DNA of 36,456 bases from a virus. Lineage: Duplodnaviria > Caudoviricetes. Both the position numbers and the translations under genes were made by a program. Position 1 is the stretch's first letter, and every line of letters starts with the position of its first letter. The notes below the pieces were generated by a model. The model saw only the letters and a list, made by a program, of their open reading frames with translations. It searched no databases and was not told the DNA's origin. Where the stretch lies: IMG/VR virus record IMGVR_UViG_3300032330_001063, positions 1 to 36,456 of that record; one strand, 5' to 3'. Positions 28,127 through 35,387 of this stretch are shown piece after piece.

Positions 28127-29533
28127 ATGGCAGATAGGCGTGGCGTTGGGCTGTTGGATGCGTACAGGCAGTACGTTGGCGACCCGTTTGCATCAATGGT
28201 CGGTGGCGCTGCGCGTGGCTACCTTGGGTTGGATAAGCCAACCTATGCCAACGATGAGGCGTATCGAACTGCGCAGGCCATTGGCAACATGCCAGGTGTC
28301 GGTGCCCCTGCTGGCGTTATCAAGGCCGCCATGAACACCCCGGATGCGTTGATAGCATTGGGTGGGTTGCTGGCCCCAAGGGTTGGCAGGCTAATGGATC
28401 GGGCGAAAGATGCATCGGATCTGCCTGCCGGCCCTTATATCCAAACCTCCAGCACAACCACCGGCAAGCTGCTGCCACGCTCTGACGGCATGTACACACC
28501 AGGTGTGCCTCAAGAGCAGTTACCCAGAGCGCAGCCTCGAGGCGGTGTCTACAACGAGCGCACGGAGGGGTTGCTGAACTCCCGGTCGGCCAAAGTGCAA
28601 GCGTCCAAGTTGATCGACAAAGGGCGCGACATGAAAGAGTGGTACGGCACTGAGCCGCTGCGCCAAGCCGCGATGGATGCGGGGCTTTCGCAAGATGAGT
28701 GGCGCCGGATGATGGGGCACCTAGCGTCCGCTTCGCAGCGCAACCCAGTTGACCAGCAAAACAAGATGGGGTCATTTCTGTGGTACGCGGATCAGCAGGG
28801 TCTACTTAAAGATGACCCGATGTTGCTTACCAAGAAGCTCGCCAAGAGCGGTGTGCCAGAGGGCGCTAGGACGGTGGAATTGCCGCCAGGCTACGGGTCG
28901 CTTGCGCAGTCGGCAATCTTTGATCGGGCCAAGACGATCGCCGCCGGTGGAATTGATGAGGCGCTACCGCCGGATGCGAAGCTGGGTACTTTTTACCGCA
29001 ACCTGCTCGGCAACCATGTTCCGGTAACCGTTGACGTAAACGCTCTGCGCGGGCCTGTGATCGCGTCCAAAGACCCGCGATGGCTAACGACCAAGCTGGT
29101 TGAAAAAGATGAGCTAGGAAACGTGCTTGCTGCACATACACCACGCGCTGATTTTCAGTCGGGCAAGCTGTCCATGGATGCCGCCCTAGCGCGTCCTGGG
29201 TTCTGGGAGGCGGCCCCGCAAGGTGCAGAGTACGGTGGGGTGGAGCGGTTCTGGCAGGAGGCGGCAAAGCGCAATGGGGTGCTACCAGACGAGGCCCAGG
29301 CGATGGGTTGGTACGGCAGCGGAGACATCACTGCACTCAAGACCAAGCCGGAGCTGTATGTAGATAATTTTGAGCGAATGGTCAGGCAGCGCGCAAGCCA
29401 ACTTGGGGAGCGTCCGATGAAAGTGCTAATGGATGTCTTGCAAGGCAAAAACTTCCTTAGCGCAGCAGGCACCATAGGCGCAGCCGGACTTCTTGCAGCG
29501 CAGCCGGGCCAGGAAGACCAGCCGATCCGATGA
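28127..29533 (+). CDS. Large hypothetical protein, possible DNA-glycosylase-like core
   Basis: WYG...ASASQRNPV...KLGTFYRNL...VTVDVNALR...EAQAMGW; GLL motifs at both ends. Confidence 0.7.
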   Translation: MADRRGVGLLDAYRQYVGDPFASMVGGAARGYLGLDKPTYANDEAYRTAQAIGNMPGVGAPAGVIKAAMNTPDALIALGGLLAPRVGRLMDRAKDASDLPAGPYIQTSSTTTGKLLPRSDGMYTPGVPQEQLPRAQPRGGVYNERTEGLLNSRSAKVQASKLIDKGRDMKEWYGTEPLRQAAMDAGLSQDEWRRMMGHLASASQRNPVDQQNKMGSFLWYADQQGLLKDDPMLLTKKLAKSGVPEGARTVELPPGYGSLAQSAIFDRAKTIAAGGIDEALPPDAKLGTFYRNLLGNHVPVTVDVNALRGPVIASKDPRWLTTKLVEKDELGNVLAAHTPRADFQSGKLSMDAALARPGFWEAAPQGAEYGGVERFWQEAAKRNGVLPDEAQAMGWYGSGDITALKTKPELYVDNFERMVRQRASQLGERPMKVLMDVLQGKNFLSAAGTIGAAGLLAAQPGQEDQPIR

Positions 29534-29673
29534 GCGCCGCACTGATCGCTGCCGTCGGCGTCGTCTACGCCGTCATCGCCGCCGACCTGTACCGCTCCGG
29601 CCAGCCCGGCCTGGCGCTGGCGTTTGCCGGGTACGCGGTGGCCAATGTTGGGCTGTGGATCGAGTCGAAATAG
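29530..29673 (+). CDS. Small two-TM membrane protein (47 aa)
   Basis: Translated by hand: MSAALIAAVGVVYAVIAADLYRSGQPGLALAFAGYAVANVGLWIESK; ATGA-coupled. Confidence 0.7.
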   Translation: MSAALIAAVGVVYAVIAADLYRSGQPGLALAFAGYAVANVGLWIESK

Positions 29674-29675
29674 CT

Positions 29676-29896
29676 TGTGCCCACACTGTGCCCTTTCACC
29701 CCCGTTTGTGCCCGTTTGTGCCCGTTTTTCTGGATTTCGGTTAGTGGGCGCTACCGCCGGAACCTAGTATTTTGGCGCCTCCGGCACGAATCGAACGTGC
29801 GACCCTCCCCTTAGGAGAGGCACGGACTACTAGCATTCATGCAGCTTTCAAGGGGTCGTGTGCCCCCTTGTGCCCTTCGTCCCCTAATTTGTGCCC
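29676..29896. repeat. Integrase arm-type sites, 7 x TGTGCCC flanking the att core
   Basis: Copies at 29676, 29687, 29707, 29717 and 29859, 29869, 29890. Confidence 0.8.
29773..29817 (-). other. attP: attP core: 3' half of tRNA-Arg(CCT)
   Basis: Minus strand CTCCTAA GGGGA GGGTC GCACG TTCGATT CGTGC CGGAGGC GCCA gives anticodon loop, T arm and CCA; 5' half absent; next to the integrase 3' end. Confidence 0.92.
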
Positions 29897-30877
29897 TTTT
29901 GACGGGTCAGAAACGGCATTTGCCCAGCCCTGCAAGACACTCGGCGCGGCGTGGGCGTAGACCAGAACCATGTCGAGCGTGGCCCAACCGCCCAGCTCCT
30001 GCAAAACCTTCAGCGGCATCCCCGCCTGCACTGACCATGTGGCCCAGGTGTGGCGCAAATCGTGCCACCGGAAGTCGTTGATCCCAGCCGTGGCCAGTGC
30101 AGCGCCCCAAGCTGTTTTGGGATCAATCATCGCCTTGTGAGTTGTTCCGCGCGACGTGGTTCGGCTATACGGGAACACCACCAGCTCGTGCTTGCCTACC
30201 TGCCCTTGCAGCACGGAAATCGCCCAGTCCGACAGCGGCAGGTGCAGCGTGCGCTTGCCCTTGGCCCGCTGCGCCCAAACGGTCACGGTACGGTTGTCGA
30301 TGTTGACGTTGGGCCACTCCAGCCCGAACACGTTGGCACGGCGCAGGCCGGTAGCAAGGGCAAACTCAACCGCAGGTAGTAGGTGAGCGGGCAGAGCTGG
30401 CTTCAGTCGTGACCACTCTTCTGTCGACAAGTACCTGGGAGCGCTACCGCGTGGCGTGTTCCGCTTTGTTAGCCGTTTTGGCCAATCGACTGCATTCAGT
30501 GCGGCGTTGATGACGGACAAGTAGCGGTCATAGGTGCCGTCTTCCAAGTCGCCCAAGCGCACCGCCATCTGCGCGTTGGTCACGTGCTCAAGCGGGCAGT
30601 CGGGCCATTCTTCGCAGATGACGCGCACCACGGACTTGTCTGTGCGGCCCCGTGTCTTGAGCCTGAGCCAAACCAGTAGCGCGGTGTGGAAGGTTACCGA
30701 TCCGGCTGCAACAGCGTCAGCGACGGGCTGGAGTGCTGCGGCGAGTTTGTATGCCTCGACTGTTGCCTGCTCTTGCGTGAGCTCCGAGACGGCCCCAACA
30801 GCTCGGCGAGTTCGCTCGACGCCCGCGACCCCACGGATGTCCGCATACCAGTGCGCACCACGGGCGTAGACACGCAT
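29837..30877 (-). CDS. int: Tyrosine integrase
   Basis: ALATGLRRANV (R), AKGK (K), FRWHDLRHTWATW (HxxR), LGGW, VYAH (Y). Confidence 0.96.
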   Translation of the reverse strand: MRVYARGAHWYADIRGVAGVERTRRAVGAVSELTQEQATVEAYKLAAALQPVADAVAAGSVTFHTALLVWLRLKTRGRTDKSVVRVICEEWPDCPLEHVTNAQMAVRLGDLEDGTYDRYLSVINAALNAVDWPKRLTKRNTPRGSAPRYLSTEEWSRLKPALPAHLLPAVEFALATGLRRANVFGLEWPNVNIDNRTVTVWAQRAKGKRTLHLPLSDWAISVLQGQVGKHELVVFPYSRTTSRGTTHKAMIDPKTAWGAALATAGINDFRWHDLRHTWATWSVQAGMPLKVLQELGGWATLDMVLVYAHAAPSVLQGWANAVSDPSKGHKLGDEGHKGAHDPLKAA

Positions 30878-31074
30878 CGTTCGCCCTCCTTATGTTTGGC
30901 TCGCAAGAATGCCACCAAATCCGACGCAAGAAATACCCAAGCACGGCCAACCTTGACGCCCGTCACCTTGCCTGCAGCGGCCAGCTCGCCCAGATGGTCG
31001 GCACTGCACTGCAACGCTTGCGCAGCCTCCTCGATGCCGAGGAACGTTTCTTGTGGCGTGACAACCAAAGTCAT
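30694..31074 (-). CDS. xis: Excisionase-like HTH protein
   Basis: FLGIEEAAQALQCSADHLGELAAAGKVTGVKVGRAWVFLASDLVAFL; overlaps the int start. Confidence 0.8.
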   Translation of the reverse strand: MTLVVTPQETFLGIEEAAQALQCSADHLGELAAAGKVTGVKVGRAWVFLASDLVAFLRAKHKEGERCVSTPVVRTGMRTSVGSRASSELAELLGPSRSSRKSRQQSRHTNSPQHSSPSLTLLQPDR

Positions 31075-31295
31075 TTGGCACGATCCTGCGCAGCTTGGGC
31101 ATGCTTGTTGATTACTGCGTCAATGAGCTTACTGTGCGCGTCGTCGGGGTGCCCAATGATTGATCGAGCCAGCTTCAAAGCCTCCAGCACCGCATCCGGC
31201 TCGGCCTGCTCCAGCTTGTCTCGCAATTCATCCCGCCGCCGAAGAACGCAGGCGGGGCGGATGCAGTAGTAACTGCACGAATGGATTTCACTCAT
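31071..31295 (-). CDS. Hypothetical protein (IHSCSYYCIRPAC motif)
   Basis: ATGA-coupled at both ends. Confidence 0.7.
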   Translation of the reverse strand: MSEIHSCSYYCIRPACVLRRRDELRDKLEQAEPDAVLEALKLARSIIGHPDDAHSKLIDAVINKHAQAAQDRAK

Positions 31296-31624
31296 TCTTT
31301 CCCCCTTGCGCGGATGGCAGCAGCGCAGTGGTCGTTCCCAAGCGCATCAAGCTGTTTAGCGCAGGCTTCACGCTCGGCCTCTACAGCGGCTTGCACTTGC
31401 CCGCAGAACTGTGTCGTGCGCTGGCCTTTGGCGCACTGCCGCCAGCCTTCGATCTTCATATTTATCCTTTCATCATAGGTAGCGAGGTCTATCAAGCGCT
31501 CGATGATTGGGTAAATGTTTTCTTCGTCGCCATAAATGTGCGGGGCTTCATCTGTTGATTCGTCAGGAGTCAGGCAAGAAAAACCTGCTTCCCGCGCCAT
31601 GCGGATGATGTCGTCGCGTGTCAT
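31292..31624 (-). CDS. Hypothetical protein (MTRDDIIRMAREAG...EREACAK...AAAIRARG type)
   Basis: Common mosaic early-gene motif set; start at ATG 31624. Confidence 0.75.
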   Translation of the reverse strand: MTRDDIIRMAREAGFSCLTPDESTDEAPHIYGDEENIYPIIERLIDLATYDERINMKIEGWRQCAKGQRTTQFCGQVQAAVEAEREACAKQLDALGNDHCAAAIRARGKE

Positions 31625-31806
31625 TTGGCACGATCCTGCCCAGCTTGGGCATGCCAACCGCGCAGCTTGGCAATCTCAGCGCACGCACATGCGTAATGCG
31701 CCGGCCCCCACGACCAACAGCCGTCTACGTGGGTTATTTGCGGGTTTGTAGGCACCTTTGGCGAATTATCGTCCGCTGATAATTCCGGATAACTTGGTTC
31801 GCTCAC
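31621..31806 (-). CDS. Hypothetical protein (THVDGCWSWGPAHYACA motif)
   Basis: GTGA-coupled start at 31806. Confidence 0.6.
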   Translation of the reverse strand: MSEPSYPELSADDNSPKVPTNPQITHVDGCWSWGPAHYACACAEIAKLRGWHAQAGQDRAK

Positions 31807-32138
31807 GCCGCCAGCCTCCCCGCCATCATGTGAAGCATCGCTGCCTGCGCCTTGCGCGCTCGGGCTATGCGCACCCTTGCTGGGCCTAGCGGCGCCGGTT
31901 TCTTTGCATCTCGTTCCTCGCCAAACCCCCAGACTTTTTCGCTGGCGCATCCGCGCGCATCCCTGCGCCACTCTGCTACGTGGATCACCTTTTGTTTGTG
32001 TAGCTCGCGCATGAATCGCGCCACGGTCAAGTAGTGCAGGCCAACGTGGTCAGCCATCTCCTGGTACGTCATATCGTTGTCCATGAGCGCCTTCATTAGC
32101 CGCGCGTTGGACGATGCGTTGATTCGCTTAAATCTCAC
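31803..32138 (-). CDS. Winged-helix DNA-binding protein
   Basis: MTYQEMADHVGLHYLTVARFMRELHKQKVIHVAEW. Confidence 0.75.
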   Translation of the reverse strand: MRFKRINASSNARLMKALMDNDMTYQEMADHVGLHYLTVARFMRELHKQKVIHVAEWRRDARGCASEKVWGFGEERDAKKPAPLGPARVRIARARKAQAAMLHMMAGRLAA

Positions 32139-32308
32139 CGAGGCTCCTGCACCACATATCCATGATTTCGCAGCAGGCGCGCAGCGGCACGCAACTTAGG
32201 CGTCACCGTGTCGCGCTTCTTCTTTGGCCGGCCTGCATGCGGCACCCACTGCTGTCCGAATGTCTCTTGCATTTGCGGCAAGTGCTTGGTGTCGAAAGGG
32301 CTTGTCAC
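32135..32308 (-). CDS. Small hypothetical protein
   Basis: GTGA-coupled start; ...AAARLLRNHGYVV. Confidence 0.55.
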   Translation of the reverse strand: MTSPFDTKHLPQMQETFGQQWVPHAGRPKKKRDTVTPKLRAAARLLRNHGYVVQEPR

Positions 32309-32553
32309 AGCTCCATCTCCATCTGCTGCCGCACCGCGTTGACCCGCGCCCACGCAGCGATGTCTAGCGCCAGTTCGTCATGTGAGTTTCGCCAGGGCGT
32401 CAGCGGTTTTTCTTCCGTGACGCGGAACAAGTCGTCGCGCTGCGTGACAACCATGCGCACTTGGCCGCCTGCCCGAATGCGCATTTCGTAGCGGGTTGTG
32501 GCGCTGCCGTTCATGCTGTCCAGCAGCGCGCGGGGTGATTTTTTGCCTGTCAT
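32305..32553 (-). CDS. Hypothetical protein (MTGKKSPRALLD...), 82 aa
   Basis: GGAAAGGAAAGG RBS before ATG 32553, right after the repeat array. Confidence 0.6.
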   Translation of the reverse strand: MTGKKSPRALLDSMNGSATTRYEMRIRAGGQVRMVVTQRDDLFRVTEEKPLTPWRNSHDELALDIAAWARVNAVRQQMEMEL

Positions 32554-32573
32554 GCCTTTCCTTTCCAAATTCC

Positions 32574-33018
32574 GCCACGCCTCGCCTGCCCAACCAAGCC
32601 CCGCCAGTCCGCGCCACGCCGTACCGAGCCAAGCCCAACCTAGCCGTGCCTGCCGTGCCCCGCCCATCCAATCCTTGCCGGGCCACGCCACTCCAGACCC
32701 AGCCTCGCCTGCCTTGCCGCGCCCCACCGGGCCGTGCCAATCCCCGCCATGCCCCGCCTCGCCTTGCCTGCCTAGCCTTGCCTTGCCTCGCCTAGCCCCG
32801 CCCCACCAAACCTCGCCTGCCATACCGAACTGGGCCTGACCTAGCCGCGCCCCGCCAATCTCTGCCATACCTCGCCTGCCGCTCCATGCCCGGCCACTCC
32901 CGGCCACTCCCGGCCGTGCCGCTCCGTGCCTCGCCTGCCATGCCCTGCCTGACTCGGCCCTGCCACACCGCGCCACGCCGAGCCATGCCCTGCTACGCCG
33001 TGCCTAGCCGCGCCTGCC
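32574..33018 (-). repeat. GGH-NN pentamer array 1 (putative guide-RNA array)
   Basis: 82 pentamers (58 GGC, 11 GGT, 9 GGA, 4 degenerate), each with a variable dinucleotide; eight 4-nt phase breaks (GGCAGGC) give blocks of 15, 11, 11, 9, 11, 11, 12 and 2 units. Confidence 0.92.
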
Positions 33019-33495
33019 TTACGCCGCCAGCCCATCCTCATCTGGCCGGCGACGCACAACCTTCGCGCTCATTAACCCAAGCCGCTCCACCATCTCATCC
33101 ACTTCGCGCATCAGCCCGAACATCCGCGACAGCTCCCGCGTGCGTTCCAGTAATGCGCGGGCGCGCGCAAACTCCTGCGCCAGCGTCTGGTGCTGCAAAT
33201 CCTCGACGCTAATAGAGCGGGTAGCGATATAGCTTTGTGTTGCCGGCTGCGCCTCTGGGTTGCGCACATACCTGGGGACGGTCAGCGAATAGCTGTCGGT
33301 GGTGATGACAACCTTGCGGGAAAGCAGGGTGCGGGCTTGCCACACGCGATGCGCGTGGCCCGCCTTTTCGTTGTCCCACTCAAAACAGTTATGCGCTGGA
33401 CAGTCGGGGTCTTGCGCCAACTCCACCAGTTCGTCGGGGGTGATGTTGGGATGCTCGCGCTCAATCTCATCAAGCCACTCGCTGATCGTTTCCAT
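33019..33495 (-). CDS. Partner protein of the RAMP-like gene
   Basis: ITPDELVELAQDPDCPAHNCFEWDNEKAGHAHRVWQARTLL; TAATG-coupled to the upstream gene; array 1 starts at its stop codon. Confidence 0.8.
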   Translation of the reverse strand: METISEWLDEIEREHPNITPDELVELAQDPDCPAHNCFEWDNEKAGHAHRVWQARTLLSRKVVITTDSYSLTVPRYVRNPEAQPATQSYIATRSISVEDLQHQTLAQEFARARALLERTRELSRMFGLMREVDEMVERLGLMSAKVVRRRPDEDGLAA

Positions 33496-34262
33496 TAGGC
33501 AGCCACCTTAAATCCGCGACGCTTCACCTCGACATCGAACCAGCCCATCAATTCCTCGGTCTGATCGTCATAGCACTGCGGGTCATCCATTGCCGCAATC
33601 TGCGCAGCCCTGCCGCCCGTACTCACAACCTGCGCAAACGCCGGATCGGTTTCGGCCATGCCAATGTCGAATTGGCCGAAAGTTCCGCTGCCTTTCTCCG
33701 GACGCCAATCGCCCACACCGATCGTTAGTCCCGCCTGGGTCAGCAAGTTGACGATGCTGGTGGTCTTGATGATGGACGACGCGAAATGCACGTGGATCGT
33801 TGCGGCCCACTGCGGGACGATGCAACGGGTGCGAATGTCCGGCGTGCGGTTCATGTCTGCACTGCGCACGGGCGTCATCAGAACCTTGGGGACGCCAAAG
33901 ATTTGGATGTATTCGCCTTCGATGAACGTAAGCCGGCCAATCTGCGACTTAGCCGCACCGGGCACATCAATTGCTGCTGTTCTGAGCGCGCCTTTGAATG
34001 CCGTGCTTGGCATCGCCAGCAGGGTCGCGGCGCTGTCGTCGTTGATCCGGTGCGGTGAGCTGCGAAACTCTGCCATCGGGTCATGCTTCAAACTGCTAGC
34101 CTTTTCTGCCGCGTTCTTGCGGCCCTTTGGCATCAGCAGCTCATGCAGCACTTTCTCGCTGAGTCGATTCAGAATCAGCGGGGTGCGACCAAGCACGTTG
34201 ACGGTGAGTCGCTCGCGTCGAATCTCCGGGACTTCGATTTCGGTACTCTTTGTCGTAGCCAT
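33495..34262 (-). CDS. Stand-alone Cas7/RAMP-like RNA-binding protein
   Basis: RAMP hallmarks in order: VNVLGRTPLIL (beta1-TPL), MPSTAFKGALRTAA (cf. IPGSSLKGALR) and C-terminal G-rich loop GVGDWRPEKGSGTFGQF. Confidence 0.78.
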   Translation of the reverse strand: MATTKSTEIEVPEIRRERLTVNVLGRTPLILNRLSEKVLHELLMPKGRKNAAEKASSLKHDPMAEFRSSPHRINDDSAATLLAMPSTAFKGALRTAAIDVPGAAKSQIGRLTFIEGEYIQIFGVPKVLMTPVRSADMNRTPDIRTRCIVPQWAATIHVHFASSIIKTTSIVNLLTQAGLTIGVGDWRPEKGSGTFGQFDIGMAETDPAFAQVVSTGGRAAQIAAMDDPQCYDDQTEELMGWFDVEVKRRGFKVAA

Positions 34263-34280
34263 CTGTCACTCTCCTAAGTT

Positions 34281-34318
34281 GATGCGCCATTCGCATCGGT
34301 CAGGGCTGTCCCTGACCG
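34281..34318 (-). other. Two tandem hairpins between array 2 and the RAMP-like RBS
   Basis: CGGTCAGGG-N4-CCCTGACCG (34297-34318) and GATGCG-N5-CGCATC (34281-34297). Confidence 0.7.
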
Positions 34319-34327
34319 CTGAAAACG

Positions 34328-34519
34328 GCCTGCCTTGTCACAACTCACCGCACCTTGCCTTGCCTGGCCCTGCCTCGCCCCGCCTTGCCGCGCCTGGCCC
34401 CGCCCTGCCATGCCTGCCAATCCTCGCCGGGCCTTGCGTTACCGCGCCGATCCAAGCCACGCCCTGCCTGCCTAGCCTTGCCATGCCAGGCCGCGCCGAG
34501 CCGCGCCCTGCCTTGCCTC
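34328..34519 (-). repeat. GGH-NN pentamer array 2 (putative guide-RNA array)
   Basis: 36 pentamers in blocks of 10, 10 and 16, each ended by GGCAGGC; starts 2 nt after the upstream stop codon. Confidence 0.9.
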
Positions 34520-34521
34520 GG

Positions 34522-34776
34522 CTAAAAGGGCACGTCTTCCTGATACGAACCCGCAGACTGACGACGCGGCTGCGGACGTTGCTGCTGATCGTCACGCGGC
34601 TTAGGCTCAAAGAAACTCAGCCAGCCGTCAAAGTTCACCGGCAGCGATTCCAGCTTCAGCGACAAGCCGTTTTTGCCCTCGATCACCACGCCGCACTTAA
34701 TCCATTTCTGCTTTTCCTCGCCGGATTGAGTGGTGTACTTTTCGCCGCGTGCGCAGGCTTCGAATTTGACGCTCAT
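34522..34776 (-). CDS. Small SSB-like protein
   Basis: Beta-rich core, Q-rich linker and acidic tip EDVPF like SSB C-termini; next to exo/erf. Confidence 0.65.
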   Translation of the reverse strand: MSVKFEACARGEKYTTQSGEEKQKWIKCGVVIEGKNGLSLKLESLPVNFDGWLSFFEPKPRDDQQQRPQPRRQSAGSYQEDVPF

Positions 34777-35387
34777 GCTTTCTCCGTAAGTTGTTCAAAC
34801 ATTGCTTCCACTTCCGCAAGGAATTTGCGGGCGTGTTCTTCGATCTCTTCCACTTCTTCGCGCTTAGGCGTCCACTCAACGATGTGTAAGTGCAATTGAG
34901 AGTCAAGAAGGCGCGGGGCATAGCTGCAAAAAACGGCATGCTGGCGGCCTGTGCATGCAAGCTGAACCAAAATCTGAGGCTTGTGCTGCTCTGGGATGCC
35001 GCCAGCAAGTAGCCATGAAATGTGCGTTGTGTTTGCCGGACACTTAAATTCGATAACCCCATCATCCGAGAGCAGGCCATCCGGCGATGCTCCAAAGTGC
35101 GCAATTGAGGGGTGCTCAATGAATCCGCAGTCGGAAATGATCCGGCCTGTTGCTATCTCAAAAGCCGCCTTGGCTTCATCTTCGGTTTCAATCCCCCATC
35201 GCATGTGTTCGCTGACGAAGTGCGGAGTCAGTGCACCGCTGATGCGCTCCGAAATCAGTTCAAGTTTCAGCAACTTGCGCTTTGCGCCTTCAGCGCCCTG
35301 CTTTGTCATGTCGAGCGCTTGATACATGCGCGAAGCAGTCAGCTTTCCAATCCTCTGATTCAGCCGCGCGCCCTTTTCGTCGTTCAC
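34773..35387 (-). CDS. YqaJ / lambda-exonuclease family recombination nuclease
   Basis: RIGKLTASRM, MRWGIETE, GASPDGL, IEFKCP, PQILVQL; GTGA-coupled start at 35387. Confidence 0.93.
   Translation of the reverse strand: MNDEKGARLNQRIGKLTASRMYQALDMTKQGAEGAKRKLLKLELISERISGALTPHFVSEHMRWGIETEDEAKAAFEIATGRIISDCGFIEHPSIAHFGASPDGLLSDDGVIEFKCPANTTHISWLLAGGIPEQHKPQILVQLACTGRQHAVFCSYAPRLLDSQLHLHIVEWTPKREEVEEIEEHARKFLAEVEAMFEQLTEKA

Larger units (their letters stand above)
31070..31654. repeat. 35-bp direct repeat pair bracketing a two-gene cassette
   Basis: GTCATTTGGCACGATCCTGC(G/C)CAGCTTGGGCATGC at 31070-31104 and 31620-31654, one mismatch. Confidence 0.9.

Noticed and set aside
29773-29817. Functional tRNA gene
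   Set aside because: Only the anticodon loop to CCA is present; the D arm and the 5' acceptor and anticodon strands are missing. It is the att core.
32588-33011. Dinucleotide strings read as plausible peptides if a third base is added
   Set aside because: Any dinucleotide string can be completed into sense codons, so this is not evidence without a database match. I could not identify targets by eye.
32305-33212. Long ORFs across array 1 (e.g. 32305..32976 -, 32378..32740 -, 32498..32839 +)
   Set aside because: The G/A/R/W- or P/C-rich translations are by-products of a stop-poor 5-nt repeat. The period is not a multiple of 3, and the real gene has its RBS and ATG at 32553.
32574-34519. Calling the arrays CRISPR or a simple microsatellite
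   Set aside because: There are no 23-50 nt repeats with contiguous spacers and no cas1/cas2. They are not a microsatellite either, because two of every five bases vary freely and the phase breaks are regular.
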